From assembly GCA_963728565.1 (NCBI GenBank), contig CAVSLC010000014.1:1-64000 (forward strand): a stretch of 64,000 nucleotides of DNA. The letters run 5' to 3'. Each line of letters starts with the position of its first letter. Within the stretch, counting starts at the first letter, position 1. This DNA is from an uncultured delta proteobacterium. Lineage in GTDB: Bacteria; Desulfobacterota; Binatia; UBA9968. The notes beneath the pieces were generated by a model. It was not told where the DNA came from. It saw only the letters and a program-made list of their open reading frames with translations, and did no database searches. Positions 52,056-62,486 of this stretch are shown in pieces. A program made the translations under genes and the position numbers.

Positions 52056-54167
52056 TTACCTATTTTCGCCTAAATAAATTTTGACGTTCAGATATTCATC
52101 CACCGTTGCGCGGTCTTTGGGGTTGATGACAATGGTCGTGATCGGAGTCTCGATGATGGCCGGACCGAGAATCTCGGCGCCGGGACCGAGACCGATGTAA
52201 TCATAGATCCTGGTCGGCACGAAGTCCTTTTCTTCCTCGAAATAAACTCTTCGATCGGTCTTGAGAGCGTTATCCGCGCTTTTGTTTTTTACCGGGTAGC
52301 CTTTTAAGGTTGGCCTTTTTAGCCGGCCCGTGGCAGCCACTCGGAACACCATGATTTCTTTGCCAGCCTCGCGGTAACCCGCTCCCGGGCCATAGGTTTG
52401 TTCGTAGAGCCGGTCGAAGCGGTCGTACGCCTGTTCCATGGCTTGCGGCGAAATTTCTCCAATACCGGGCTGCAGCGGGACATTAAGCTCGTGCACCTGC
52501 TGACGGTAGCGCATGTCCAGGCTTCTGATGATTTCGATGTCATCGTTCTTGATACCCGCCGAGCGCAAGTTGGCCAGCGCTTTTTGGACCAGCACAGAGA
52601 AGGTTTCGTTGATGCGTCCGACCTCGGCCGGCACAAACAAACGGTCGGATTTTCCATATTCGTAGACGACGTCGGAGCTGACTAGACCCGTGGCTCCATG
52701 AACTGAGGCGGTTAGCGGAACAACGATCTCCTTGACCCCGAGCTCGGCGGCATACCTTCCTGCATGGACCGCGGCTGCTCCGCCGAAAGCAAAAAGAGTA
52801 AACCCTCTCGGATCGTATCCTCTCTCCACGGTCGATCTCCTGATAAGATCGCTCATATGCGAGTTGATGATCCGGTAAATGCCGCTGGCGGCCTGGGTCA
52901 CGCTCATCTCCATGGGTCGAGCAATTTTTTCGTCCAGGATCTTCAGTGCTCGCTCTTTATCGAGCCTCATCTTTCCACCGAGAAAGCAATCTTCATTGAG
53001 ATATCCGAGAATCAAGTCGGCATCGGAAACCGTCACCTCTGAGCCTCCGAGCCCGTAACAGATCGGGCCCGGCATGGCCCCCGCGCCGTGCGGTCCAACC
53101 TTGAGCAGTCCGGTTTCGGGATCAATCCAAACGATACTGCCACCTCCCGCGCCGATGGATTCGACCCAAATCTTAGTGAGAAAGATCTGGTATCGTAAAA
53201 AGACCGGCTTATAGTCCTTTTCGATGGCGCCCTCGCGAATGACCCCGACCTTGAAGGTTGTTCCGCCCATGTCCGTGGCCAAGATGTTGGCTATGCCGAG
53301 CTGCTCACCTGTGGATCGGCTTCCCGCAACGCCGGCGGCGGGGCCTGATTCGATCATACCCACGGCATTGCGACAGGCATCGTCTACTCCTAGAACTCCG
53401 CCATAAGCCTGCATCACCAGCGGCTCGCGGCGCAAGCCTTTCTCAGTGAGGGTCGTTCTTAGTTTTCTCAAGTAGGACGAAATATTGGGCGCGATGTATG
53501 CGTTGAAGGCGGTCGTGGCGGTGCGTTCGTATTCGCCTAAAAAGGGAGCCACCTCGCAGGACAGGCTTACATGAATAGCCGGGTATTTCTTTTTTATAAT
53601 TCCGGCGATTATCTGCTCGTGGGAGTCGTTGGCAAGCGACCAGAGAAGCGAGACGCCGATGGACTGCACTCCTTTGGCGACTAGATGATCAACCGCTTTC
53701 TCCGCCTCCGCTGGGTCCAACTTGATCAGCACGGAACCTTTGTAATCGATGCGCTCGCTCACTTCTTCGATATAGGGACGCGCTACGATCGGTTCGGGCT
53801 TACTCTGCGTCGAGGCGCGAAAGGCTTCCGTTTCGGTGAGTCCCTCCGTGGTCCTGCCTCGCATCAGCAGTATCGTATCGCCGAAGCCGAGGGTGGTGAT
53901 GAGGCCGGTTTTCGGGCCCGAACGGGTAATCAGGGTATTGTCGGCCACCGTGCGTATGTGAAAAAACATTTTGGTGGCGGCGAGGAGTTCCGCCTCATCG
54001 CGCAGGCCGATATTTTTTGCGGCATCTGCTACCGCATCGAGCGCGCCCTTGGAAAAGTCCTCCGGCGTAGAGAGAGCCTTGCCAACCTTTACGGTCCCTT
54101 CGGTATCCAAAGTAACGCAGTCGGTAAATGTTCCGCCGATATCGACTCCGACGACATATTCCATCAA
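52056..54167 (-). CDS. Hydantoinase A/oxoprolinase family protein (ATP-binding)
   Basis: DIGGTFTD, EYER, SGPAAG, DMGGTT, IGAGGGS. Confidence 0.93.
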   Translation of the reverse strand: MMEYVVGVDIGGTFTDCVTLDTEGTVKVGKALSTPEDFSKGALDAVADAAKNIGLRDEAELLAATKMFFHIRTVADNTLITRSGPKTGLITTLGFGDTILLMRGRTTEGLTETEAFRASTQSKPEPIVARPYIEEVSERIDYKGSVLIKLDPAEAEKAVDHLVAKGVQSIGVSLLWSLANDSHEQIIAGIIKKKYPAIHVSLSCEVAPFLGEYERTATTAFNAYIAPNISSYLRKLRTTLTEKGLRREPLVMQAYGGVLGVDDACRNAVGMIESGPAAGVAGSRSTGEQLGIANILATDMGGTTFKVGVIREGAIEKDYKPVFLRYQIFLTKIWVESIGAGGGSIVWIDPETGLLKVGPHGAGAMPGPICYGLGGSEVTVSDADLILGYLNEDCFLGGKMRLDKERALKILDEKIARPMEMSVTQAASGIYRIINSHMSDLIRRSTVERGYDPRGFTLFAFGGAAAVHAGRYAAELGVKEIVVPLTASVHGATGLVSSDVVYEYGKSDRLFVPAEVGRINETFSVLVQKALANLRSAGIKNDDIEIIRSLDMRYRQQVHELNVPLQPGIGEISPQAMEQAYDRFDRLYEQTYGPGAGYREAGKEIMVFRVAATGRLKRPTLKGYPVKNKSADNALKTDRRVYFEEEKDFVPTRIYDYIGLGPGAEILGPAIIETPITTIVINPKDRATVDEYLNVKIYLGENR

Positions 54168-54333
54168 TGAATCCCCCGTCGAAAAAATAACTTACGCGGG
54201 TCCGCGGATTTTGCCAAGTCCCCGGAGTTGCTCGCTTCATGATCCGCCCCCATTTGGCTCATTCAGCCGCCTAAGATCCGTTCATCTAAAATTTCTATAA
54301 AACGGCGCGCCGTTGATATATAGCTTGGCGAGG

Positions 54334-54922
54334 ATGAACAGAGAAAAGGCGGAGAGTCACTTCCAGATATACCGTGAAGCTTTGCGCCGAGAGCTGATGA
54401 GACTGGCGGCATATGGCCGTGTGTACCAGAGGCTCTTCGAGCGGAAGGTTGACCGACTGGCGGAACTGGAGCTAGCTTCAGCTTTCTTTGTTACGACAGC
54501 CGATGCTCTGTTTTTTGGGATAATTAACGCGGTTGATAAATTGTTCGACAAGAAAGGTGAACGTGGAATTTTCAACTTCTTGAAGTTTGCTGAAGATCAC
54601 CGCGAATTGTTCGACCCGAAGGAATTGAAACGCCGCGGCAACTATCCCGATGAATATTTTATTCTTCGCGGCCTGGAACCGATTACTTTTCAAAGCATCG
54701 AAGCCGATCGGCAGAGAATTGCTGCATTCAAACCTTTCGCTAACTTCAACCTTTGGTGCGACAGATATCAGGCCCATTTTCGACAAGGAGTATTTTTTCG
54801 ACATCGCCAAACTTCAGAAAGATGCACCGTTGGATGCGCCAGCCGTGGAGCAGGCTGTTAAGCTGGGTGACGTTGACCACCTCCTAGACCTATTGCACAA
54901 GTGCTTGAAAAATGGATCGTAG
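54334..54922 (+). CDS. Hypothetical protein, AbiU2/HEPN-like (frameshift near 54778; possibly degenerate)
   Basis: Helical; KLFD motif; CDRYQAHFDK at the RxxxxH-type position. Confidence 0.5.
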
Positions 54923-55050
54923 AAATTTTGGAAGTTAGGCCCGGCGGTTGGCAAAATGTTTCGCCCGGTCTTATTGCTTGCGGTGATACTGCTCGTCGTG
55001 GCGATCTGGGTTGTTTTCAGTGTAATTGGGGGAGGGGAGACATTACGATT

Positions 55051-56526
55051 TTAGTTTGCCAAAGCTCGGCGGCTCGTCGTCGGCCTCATCGCCTTCCTAT
55101 AAAGCGTCTCGACTTCCGCATCGGCTGCGTCGGGCCGGTTTTTGGTCCGATTGTGGATGCGGAACATTCTTTCACTGATGGGCGCCACTGCCTTTATCAA
55201 CGCATCCTCATCGACCGGTGTCAGGCGCCCGTCCCTGACGACAATTTCGCCATCGACCAACACCGTATCCACCGATTCGCCTCCCTCGCAATACACCAGC
55301 TGATGAATCACATCGTTGAGCGGACGAAGGCGAAGATGAGGTTTTAAGATAACGAGATCCGCGCGATAACCGGTTCGGATGCTGCCAATTTTTCCTCTCC
55401 ATGCCGGGATCGCTTTGGCGCCGTTGATCGTCGCCATGCGTAGAGCATCCGCGGCAGTCACCCAATCATTCGGCTCAAAGGTGTTCACGCGAGAAACAAA
55501 CGCCGCCAAGCGCATCTGTTCGAAAATGGAATAGTTGTCGCTCGTGTCTCCGCCGTCGGTGCCGAGGGCGACATTGACGCCCCTTTTCTTTAGCTCGCTT
55601 ATCGGTGCGATACCGCTGCCGAGCTTGAGATTGCTGGCGGGATTATGAACGATGCTAGCTCCGGCAGCAGCCAGGAGATCCATCTCCGCAGCATCGAGCC
55701 AGACACCGTGAGCTGCCGAGAACCTGGGTGAAAGAAGACCGAGTTTGTTGATACGGTGAACAATCCCCTTTGGGTACAGCTTGCGCCCGCCCCAGCGTTC
55801 AATAACCGTTTCGAGCAAATGTGTGTGGATCCCCAGGTCATTTTTATCAGCCGTACGAACGATCTCGCGCAAGAGCTCGTCGCTGCAATTTTGCGGCGAG
55901 GATGGGCCCAGCATAAGACCTAACTTCGTTCCTGAGCTCCTCACAAGTTCCAACACCGGCATCATCTCGTCCTTCCAGGAATCGCGGCTGTTTGCGCCTG
56001 CCGGTTTACCATGGGACAGCCTGCGACGCACCAGATCGAGGAAGTTTTGGTCGCGCAGCGACGGAGCCAGCATTCCCCGAATCCCCGTTCTCTGAAAAGC
56101 GCCGATGACCGCTTTCATCTTGGCCGTGGTGATTCCGGCGCGCAGCGAGAAATGATCGACCACCGCAGTCACACCGCTCTTGAGCATCTCCGCGCACGCC
56201 AGTGCGGCTGCCGCGCCGATGTCATGGTCCGATAGTTCGGCAGCCTCTTCGGTGCCCTGCCTTTTGCGGATCCAAACTTCCTTGCGAACGTTGTCACGAA
56301 AACTGCGTTGGAGAATCTCCATGAGGTGAGAATGGGTGTTGATCAACCCCGGAAGCACGATTTTGCCGGAGCAATCAATCCGCCGGTCGATCGCTGCGAG
56401 GTCGGTTTTTAGCTGCTCTCCGATCCAGGATATCTTACCGTCCTGAATCAGGAGCTGTTGCGGCGCGTGCACAGCTCTTCGGCTGTCCGGTGTGACTAGA
56501 GTTGCATTCTGTAGAAGCGTGTTCAT
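55051..56526 (-). CDS. Amidohydrolase (chlorohydrolase/MTA-SAH deaminase family)
   Basis: PGLINTHSH, HTHLLE, AHGVW, HNPASN, LGTDG. Confidence 0.92.
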   Translation of the reverse strand: MNTLLQNATLVTPDSRRAVHAPQQLLIQDGKISWIGEQLKTDLAAIDRRIDCSGKIVLPGLINTHSHLMEILQRSFRDNVRKEVWIRKRQGTEEAAELSDHDIGAAAALACAEMLKSGVTAVVDHFSLRAGITTAKMKAVIGAFQRTGIRGMLAPSLRDQNFLDLVRRRLSHGKPAGANSRDSWKDEMMPVLELVRSSGTKLGLMLGPSSPQNCSDELLREIVRTADKNDLGIHTHLLETVIERWGGRKLYPKGIVHRINKLGLLSPRFSAAHGVWLDAAEMDLLAAAGASIVHNPASNLKLGSGIAPISELKKRGVNVALGTDGGDTSDNYSIFEQMRLAAFVSRVNTFEPNDWVTAADALRMATINGAKAIPAWRGKIGSIRTGYRADLVILKPHLRLRPLNDVIHQLVYCEGGESVDTVLVDGEIVVRDGRLTPVDEDALIKAVAPISERMFRIHNRTKNRPDAADAEVETLYRKAMRPTTSRRALAN

Positions 56527-56647
56527 GCTGCCGACCGGTATGTCTGATCGTTTGCCGTCAAGGGGATTACCGGGCTGCATTAGTCAATTCCAGCGCCGCT
56601 GAATCTGCGCGCTGGTGTCATTCCATGAAGATTCACCATCAGCCGGC

Positions 56648-57925
56648 CTATTTTTCCCAGTTGCAGATCTCGGCCGCAGCAAGCGCAAAAACTTGCGCGC
56701 CGACGTAGATCTCTTCGACATCGATCTGCTCGGACCGGATGGCGTGCTTTTTCCCGCCTAGTCCGAACTTGAGCGTCGGTATACCCATTTCATTGTAGAT
56801 ATTGGTATCGGTCCAGATGCTGGCGCGAAAAGTGTTCGCCGGCGGCGGCTCCTTGCCGCACACGTTATGATACGCTTGCTTAACCACTTCGATGAGCGGC
56901 TCGACGCCTTTTGCCTCATAGCCCATCAAGGAAGCGTACATCTCCATGTCGTACTCAACGCCGGTCGCGGATAGGATTTTTCTCAGCTCACGTTGGACCT
57001 GCACCGGACGAAGTTCCGGCGGCGTGCGCACATCGACATAGAGCGAGCAGACGCCGGGGAAGTAATTTGGCCGAAACGGTGCTCCCCCCTCGACGGCGCC
57101 AATGTTGACTTTGGGTATGAGCGGGCCGATCGCCGACTGATACACACAGCGTTTCTCAAAATCAGCTGCCCAGGCGTCGATAGCCTGGACCAGCTTGAAC
57201 ATTTTCAGGACCGCGTTGTGTTCCGCCGGCGGTTCCTGCTCGCGTGTAACGCCCCAGGCGGCGTGCGGGTTGCCGAAAGTTCTAATGCGAATCTGCGTCA
57301 CTCCGTTTTGCGCCCACACGATCGAATGCCCGGAGCGGTCCGCGCAGATTGCGTAGTCCGACTGAATGCCGTGCGTTAGCAGATGGCGGGTTCCGGTGCC
57401 CTCTCCTCTGTAGGAGCCGGACTGGTATGGACCGATGGGTGTGCGCGAGATCTCTCCGGCCACGGCCGCGAGAATACAGTCGCCTTTCAGTTCGACGCCG
57501 CTCTCCTTTAACGCTTTACCCGCAACCATAAAAGCGGCAACCCCGGATTTCATATTCGAGGCGCCGAGACCGAAGACTTTTCCGTCGCGAACAGTGCCGC
57601 GCAATTCGCTCACCGGATCGAGCTCAGCGCAGAACATCCGGTCCTCTTCGGTGCCGGTGAAGCTCGTATCCATATGACCATTGATCTGAACGGAAGCGCC
57701 GTCGCCGCGTCCCTCGATCACGCCCACGGCATTGATGCGATTGGGATCGATTTCCTGCCGAATGGATCTGATTCCATGGCGCGCATACCAGTTGAGTATA
57801 AAATCGCCGATCTCACGCTCCGATCCGGTGGGGCTCGGGATATCGCAAAGCTGCTTGGTCAATTCGGCGCACTCATCCCGGCTTATTCCCTGCAGAATCT
57901 TTGCCTTGTCTTTTTCGTTGATCAT
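56648..57925 (-). CDS. M20 family metallopeptidase/deacylase (ArgE/DapE-like)
   Basis: PSPTGSE, NGHMDT, G.GASNMKSG, dimerisation domain. Confidence 0.85.
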   Translation of the reverse strand: MINEKDKAKILQGISRDECAELTKQLCDIPSPTGSEREIGDFILNWYARHGIRSIRQEIDPNRINAVGVIEGRGDGASVQINGHMDTSFTGTEEDRMFCAELDPVSELRGTVRDGKVFGLGASNMKSGVAAFMVAGKALKESGVELKGDCILAAVAGEISRTPIGPYQSGSYRGEGTGTRHLLTHGIQSDYAICADRSGHSIVWAQNGVTQIRIRTFGNPHAAWGVTREQEPPAEHNAVLKMFKLVQAIDAWAADFEKRCVYQSAIGPLIPKVNIGAVEGGAPFRPNYFPGVCSLYVDVRTPPELRPVQVQRELRKILSATGVEYDMEMYASLMGYEAKGVEPLIEVVKQAYHNVCGKEPPPANTFRASIWTDTNIYNEMGIPTLKFGLGGKKHAIRSEQIDVEEIYVGAQVFALAAAEICNWEK

Positions 57926-57942
57926 CTGTGTTTTCTCCAACT

Positions 57943-59391
57943 TCAGTCGGCAACAATCTTCGGTCTTCGCGTGTGCCACTCCGTTGCCTGTTCATAAGCA
58001 TGGGCTACGCTGAAAATGAGTTCTTCCTGGAAAGGCCCGGCGGCGATTTGCATGCCGATCGGTGTGTTCAGTTTAGAGAAGCCGCAGCACACGCTCATGG
58101 AAGGTAAGCCGGTTACGTTGAACGGAATCGCGCATAGACTGTCGGCTCCGCCACGTTCGTCCGAGCGACGTATTTGTTTCCCGTCGATGTTGACCCAGCC
58201 ATCGTTGCATTCCTGAATGGTCGGGACCGTGAAGCCGACGGTCGGCAGCGCCAGCAGCTGAACCCTCTGAAGCAAGCCATGAAACTCGTCACAGATGAGC
58301 CGCCGCACTCGCTGAGCCATCAGATAAGAAGAGGCAGGCACCGTCAACGCCGAGAGATAGGCGTAAAGAGTTTGTCGGCTATAATCACGTGCCCGGGTGC
58401 GCAGGTTACGGTCGTGAGCCGAGGAGTTTTCAACCCGGCTCGTGCAGACTTTCACGGCCGGTATCAAATCCATGTGCGCAGTCGTGACTTCTTCCGTCTC
58501 CACGCCCAAACTCTTGAGAACGGCAATGGCTTGGTAAAAGACTTCTCTGACTTCTGCCGTCATGACCTCTTCGAAATAACCCCTGAGGATTCCCACTTTC
58601 AAACCGTTGACGTCTTTACCGAGGCTGGCGCTATATTTCGGTACGGGCTCGCGGGCGCTCGATGGATCTTGCGGATCGTGGCCCGCGACCGCCGCCAGCA
58701 CGATGGCCGTATCCTCGACGGTCTTGGCTAGAATCCCAACGTGGTTGCACGAATAAGCGCCCGTGCCGGGAACGCTGCCGTGCTGGCTAATTCTGCCGTA
58801 GGTTGGCTTTAGCCCGGCAATCCCGCACATGGAAGCGGGATTTCGTACCGATTGTGCGCTGTCGGTCCCGATGGATGCCAGACAAAGACTGGCCGCCACC
58901 GCCGCGCCCGAACCGCCGCTGGAGCCGCCGGCGATCCGGTTCGAGTCCCAAGGGTTGCGCGTGGTGCCGTAAAACGGGTTGATCGTCGTTCCACCCAGGG
59001 CCCATTCGTGCAGATTGGTCTTACCGAGAATAACTGCTCCCGCCTCTTTTAATCTGCTGACTACAGTCGCGTCGTAGTCCGGTATCCAGTTCTCGAGCAC
59101 CTTCGATCCCGCCGTGGTTCTTACCCCCCGGGTCGCGATGTTGTCTTTAATGGATAACGGAATGCCATGGAGCGGTCCGCGATGATCTCTACTGGCAATC
59201 TCCTCCTCGGCTCTCTTTGCCTGTGCCAGAGCATCCTGTGAAGTCACAGTCACGTAGGCGTTGATTGCAGGATTGAGCTTCTCGATCCGATCCAGAAAAA
59301 GGCGCGTTAACTCTACCGGCGAAAGTCTTCTACTTGCGATTTGCGGAGCCAGACCGGCAATCGTGAGAGTCTCCAAGTCTTTTAAATTCAT
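57943..59391 (-). CDS. Amidase signature family protein
   Basis: LHGIP..IKD, GKTNLHE, GGSSGGS, GTDSAQSVR, GLKPTYG. Confidence 0.93.
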   Translation of the reverse strand: MNLKDLETLTIAGLAPQIASRRLSPVELTRLFLDRIEKLNPAINAYVTVTSQDALAQAKRAEEEIASRDHRGPLHGIPLSIKDNIATRGVRTTAGSKVLENWIPDYDATVVSRLKEAGAVILGKTNLHEWALGGTTINPFYGTTRNPWDSNRIAGGSSGGSGAAVAASLCLASIGTDSAQSVRNPASMCGIAGLKPTYGRISQHGSVPGTGAYSCNHVGILAKTVEDTAIVLAAVAGHDPQDPSSAREPVPKYSASLGKDVNGLKVGILRGYFEEVMTAEVREVFYQAIAVLKSLGVETEEVTTAHMDLIPAVKVCTSRVENSSAHDRNLRTRARDYSRQTLYAYLSALTVPASSYLMAQRVRRLICDEFHGLLQRVQLLALPTVGFTVPTIQECNDGWVNIDGKQIRRSDERGGADSLCAIPFNVTGLPSMSVCCGFSKLNTPIGMQIAAGPFQEELIFSVAHAYEQATEWHTRRPKIVAD

Positions 59392-59564
59392 GACCGCTCC
59401 GCCGGATCGATTTTGAGCGCGGGAACCACGCCTTCGACATCGACCTCGTAGAGTTGCTGGAAAAGTTTTCGCGACGCCTCGGCCTGTTTGGTGATGGCTT
59501 CGATCTCTTCTTCGGTCAGGTCCAAACCGTATTCAACATTGATTCTTTTCACTGCATCTTTCAT
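59388..59564 (-). CDS. Small GatC/AtzG-like amidase partner
   Basis: 58 aa GLDLTEEEIE..L.EVDVEGVVP; ATGA overlap with the amidase. Confidence 0.6.
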   Translation of the reverse strand: MKDAVKRINVEYGLDLTEEEIEAITKQAEASRKLFQQLYEVDVEGVVPALKIDPAERS

Positions 59565-59696
59565 AGGCGAGTTTCTATAATCGTTCATGCAGGGTGTCAA
59601 CGAAACTAAACTGTTCTATATTTTACGTTTCACATCTGTAAACGAAGGCTGATCGTGCACTGCAGGTCTTTTAAAGAAAGGTACCTGGTGACCGGC

Positions 59697-61181
59697 TCAC
59701 AAGTTTTCAAACCGGAAAAAGTGATAGCCCCAAGGAATTAAATTTACGTACAATCCCGGATCTAGCATTTCACCGCCGTCACGTTCATAACTCTCGCTCG
59801 AAAATTGATCGAGCAGGCGCCAGATTTTCCCTCGAATTTCACCTTCTACCGCTTGAACACGGCCTTGAGCCGGGCTATCGCTGAAATTGATGACGATGAG
59901 ATAACGATCGGTCTCGTTAGTCCAACTCCACCCAAGGAGGTTTTGATAACTTGGATTGTCCGGCCAGCCGGTGCAGTGGCAGAGACTCCACTTGCCTTCT
60001 CTGAAAGCCGGCGCTTCGATGACCTTCAGGAGCTTTGAGTAGAAAACTCGTATCGGCTGATTTACGGGTTCCGCGGCTCGCCTCCTGAGAAAGACAGGCA
60101 CTCTTATCCGTCTTCCTTCCAATTGGCCTTCGTGTAACAGTTTTGCGCCCGGCAGCGTTGCCATCGTCACCGCGGCCGCACGTTCTTTAGGGAACGGGAA
60201 TGCAACGGCAGCGCGTTGTTCGTCGTGATTTTCGATGAAGCGTAGGAGCTTTCTCTGGTACTCAATATCCGCGGACAGCTGAGATCTTACTGCGGCCGTG
60301 TTGCCCTGGATGAGATGGTCGTAGAGCCGCTTGTCATAACAGTAATCGAATCCTTGTTGCTGTAATTCCCGCTCTCGATCCCAGTATGCCTCGGCGATAA
60401 ACAAAAACTCCGGAGAGCTGTTCTTGACGGCGGCAATCAAGTCGGCCCAGTACTCGGTCGTAGGTTTGAGTCCGGCGCGGCTGCCCCAGGTGCGCTCAAA
60501 AATAGAGTTTAGGAAAAGCATCGCCATGTCGCAGCGAACGCCATCGCACTGACTAGCGATGTTTGCGACAGTTTCAACTGCTGCTTGACGAGATCCTGGA
60601 TGAAAGGCATTCAGTTGCAACACATCCTGCCATGCCGGGAAATGGGGATCTCGGCCGCAAGCAAATACCTTTCCGTTTACCTCGACGAAGGACTGAGGGG
60701 TGTCCTTGGCATCCTGCGGATTTCCCTGGATGAAATATTCGGGATGTTCGATGACCCAAGGGTGGTCTAGCGCTACATGGTTCGGGACAAAGTCTAGGAC
60801 CAAGCGAATGCCCCGCTTCGCCAACTCTCGCCGGGCGACCGTCAGTCCTTCGGGTCCGCCCAGACACTGATCGACATCGTAACGGCGCACGCTGTATGCA
60901 GATCCGATGTTGTCCGGTGGCTGGAAATCCGCTAACGATCGCTTAAATTCGTCGAGCAGGCTCTGGTTGCGATTGGCCATGGCGATACTGGCAGGGCTGC
61001 GTCGCCAAACTCCCATTAACCAAACCGCATCGAATCCGTAGCGGGCGACGCGGTCCCATTCCGACGAGGGCACGGAACCCAAGTTCACAGAGCGGCCGGT
61101 TTTCTCGCTCAGCTCGAACAGCCAGACCAGAGTATTGATTTCGTAGACGGTGGGATAGCGTGGCCGGAATGACATCGTCAT
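59697..61181 (-). CDS. GH13 alpha-amylase family glycoside hydrolase
   Basis: LDFVPNH, DGVRCDMA, FIAEAY, ENHDE catalytic regions; exact start uncertain. Confidence 0.92.
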   Translation of the reverse strand: MTMSFRPRYPTVYEINTLVWLFELSEKTGRSVNLGSVPSSEWDRVARYGFDAVWLMGVWRRSPASIAMANRNQSLLDEFKRSLADFQPPDNIGSAYSVRRYDVDQCLGGPEGLTVARRELAKRGIRLVLDFVPNHVALDHPWVIEHPEYFIQGNPQDAKDTPQSFVEVNGKVFACGRDPHFPAWQDVLQLNAFHPGSRQAAVETVANIASQCDGVRCDMAMLFLNSIFERTWGSRAGLKPTTEYWADLIAAVKNSSPEFLFIAEAYWDRERELQQQGFDYCYDKRLYDHLIQGNTAAVRSQLSADIEYQRKLLRFIENHDEQRAAVAFPFPKERAAAVTMATLPGAKLLHEGQLEGRRIRVPVFLRRRAAEPVNQPIRVFYSKLLKVIEAPAFREGKWSLCHCTGWPDNPSYQNLLGWSWTNETDRYLIVINFSDSPAQGRVQAVEGEIRGKIWRLLDQFSSESYERDGGEMLDPGLYVNLIPWGYHFFRFENL

Positions 61182-61539
61182 TAGTTCTGTCACAGCTCCG
61201 ATGCAACTGCGAGGAGCTTTATCAATTCACGCGCATGACCTGCAACGTCCCGGCGACGCTTTGATGGATGAAGGTTAAAGGTGGCTAACCGGTCAAAGAA
61301 CGTCCCGCTGTAAGCCTTGGGCATAACCAGAATCAGAAGCGAATGACAATTGGAGACCGCATCGGAATCGAAGCGGCGGCCCAGGCAAAGTGTATGCAAA
61401 TGCCGGAAGGCTACAATGCTTTCAATGAATTGAAAAACGGCCGCAGCGATTGAACGTCAAATCGGACGAGATGAACGAGGAATCCACGTTGCCTCATTTT
61501 CCGTCCGTTGTACTAGTGGATGTGACCAGATTGAAGGTT

Positions 61540-61584
61540 TGGAGCGGGCGACCGGGGTCGAACCGGCGACGTCCAGCTTGGGAA
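61540..61584 (-). pseudogene. 3' half of tRNA-Gly(CCC), likely att-site duplication
   Basis: TTCCCAAGCTGGACGTCGCCGGTTCGACCCCGGTCGCCCGCTCCA: anticodon loop, T arm, CCA; 5' half replaced by AT-rich DNA. Confidence 0.85.
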
Positions 61585-61737
61585 TTTTCTATTGAAAAGG
61601 ATGTTTTTTGTTTTGTGAGCGCGCACTTATCTCAGGTTTTGCGCTCTCAAACCCTTTTTCCTGAGTTTAGTGATTTCAACTAGTTTCAAGCCTTCCACTT
61701 TGGTCTTGGGCACGTTTTGGGCATGCGGTTTTCATAA

Positions 61738-62367
61738 ATGCTGACACGGAAAACTGCCAGCTACCTGGAATTGTTGGCGGAGGATTTCGTGGAAGACAGC
61801 AGAACAGCGCAGCTGGCAAGGCAAATCTATAGGCGTCATAAGAAAGCATTAGATTACATTCTAGAATGCCGCGAAGACCCTATCTCTGAATTATCTGCTG
61901 CCATGCAGGATATATTGACCGCCTCGGAAAGCGAATTTGGGATCCTAATGGCAACATCATATAAGGGTTATGTTCGTTTTCTCCCAACTGAATGGGCCGT
62001 TCCCCAAAATATTGGAGGCACAGCTTGGGGACCTAATAGCCGATTCGTCTGCTGTGAGGTTTACTTCTGGTCTAAAACCGTCGAACTTCACATAGTCGTC
62101 GGAAAGGCTCCAGAATACTGGGCTGATCTAGTCTGGGCCGCCGCGGCCAAGCCGCCGTTTAAACAGGAATGGAAGCAGCGACCGGCCCAGTACATCAAGC
62201 CGTTTAAAGCTAGGTCTGAGATCCCGGTCAAGTCACTTGTTGAAATGGCCCCTGAAGATAGGCGGTCTCGGCTTTTGGAATGGATTCAGCGTGAACTGAA
62301 AGATGCACGCTTTCGCCAGGCAGTAGAAAAAATACGCGATCTTCTTGCAGAACTCAGAACCCAGTGA
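61738..62367 (+). CDS. Hypothetical protein, probably the C-terminal part of a PD-(D/E)XK nuclease family protein
   Basis: LARQIYRRHKKALDYILE resembles the mid-region of such proteins; no catalytic N-terminal domain. Confidence 0.55.
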   Translation: MLTRKTASYLELLAEDFVEDSRTAQLARQIYRRHKKALDYILECREDPISELSAAMQDILTASESEFGILMATSYKGYVRFLPTEWAVPQNIGGTAWGPNSRFVCCEVYFWSKTVELHIVVGKAPEYWADLVWAAAAKPPFKQEWKQRPAQYIKPFKARSEIPVKSLVEMAPEDRRSRLLEWIQRELKDARFRQAVEKIRDLLAELRTQ

Positions 62368-62486
62368 GCATTGGGTTACGATAATGTTCGTGGCCGCAAT
62401 CAGCTCACCTTATCGGCGGCTGGGCTCCTGGTGACATCACATGACGTGCCGCGCATGTTCACGCACCGCCAAGACGGGACTCCATC

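Noticed and set aside
61540-61620. Intact tRNA-Gly
   Set aside because: D arm and 5' acceptor strand are missing.
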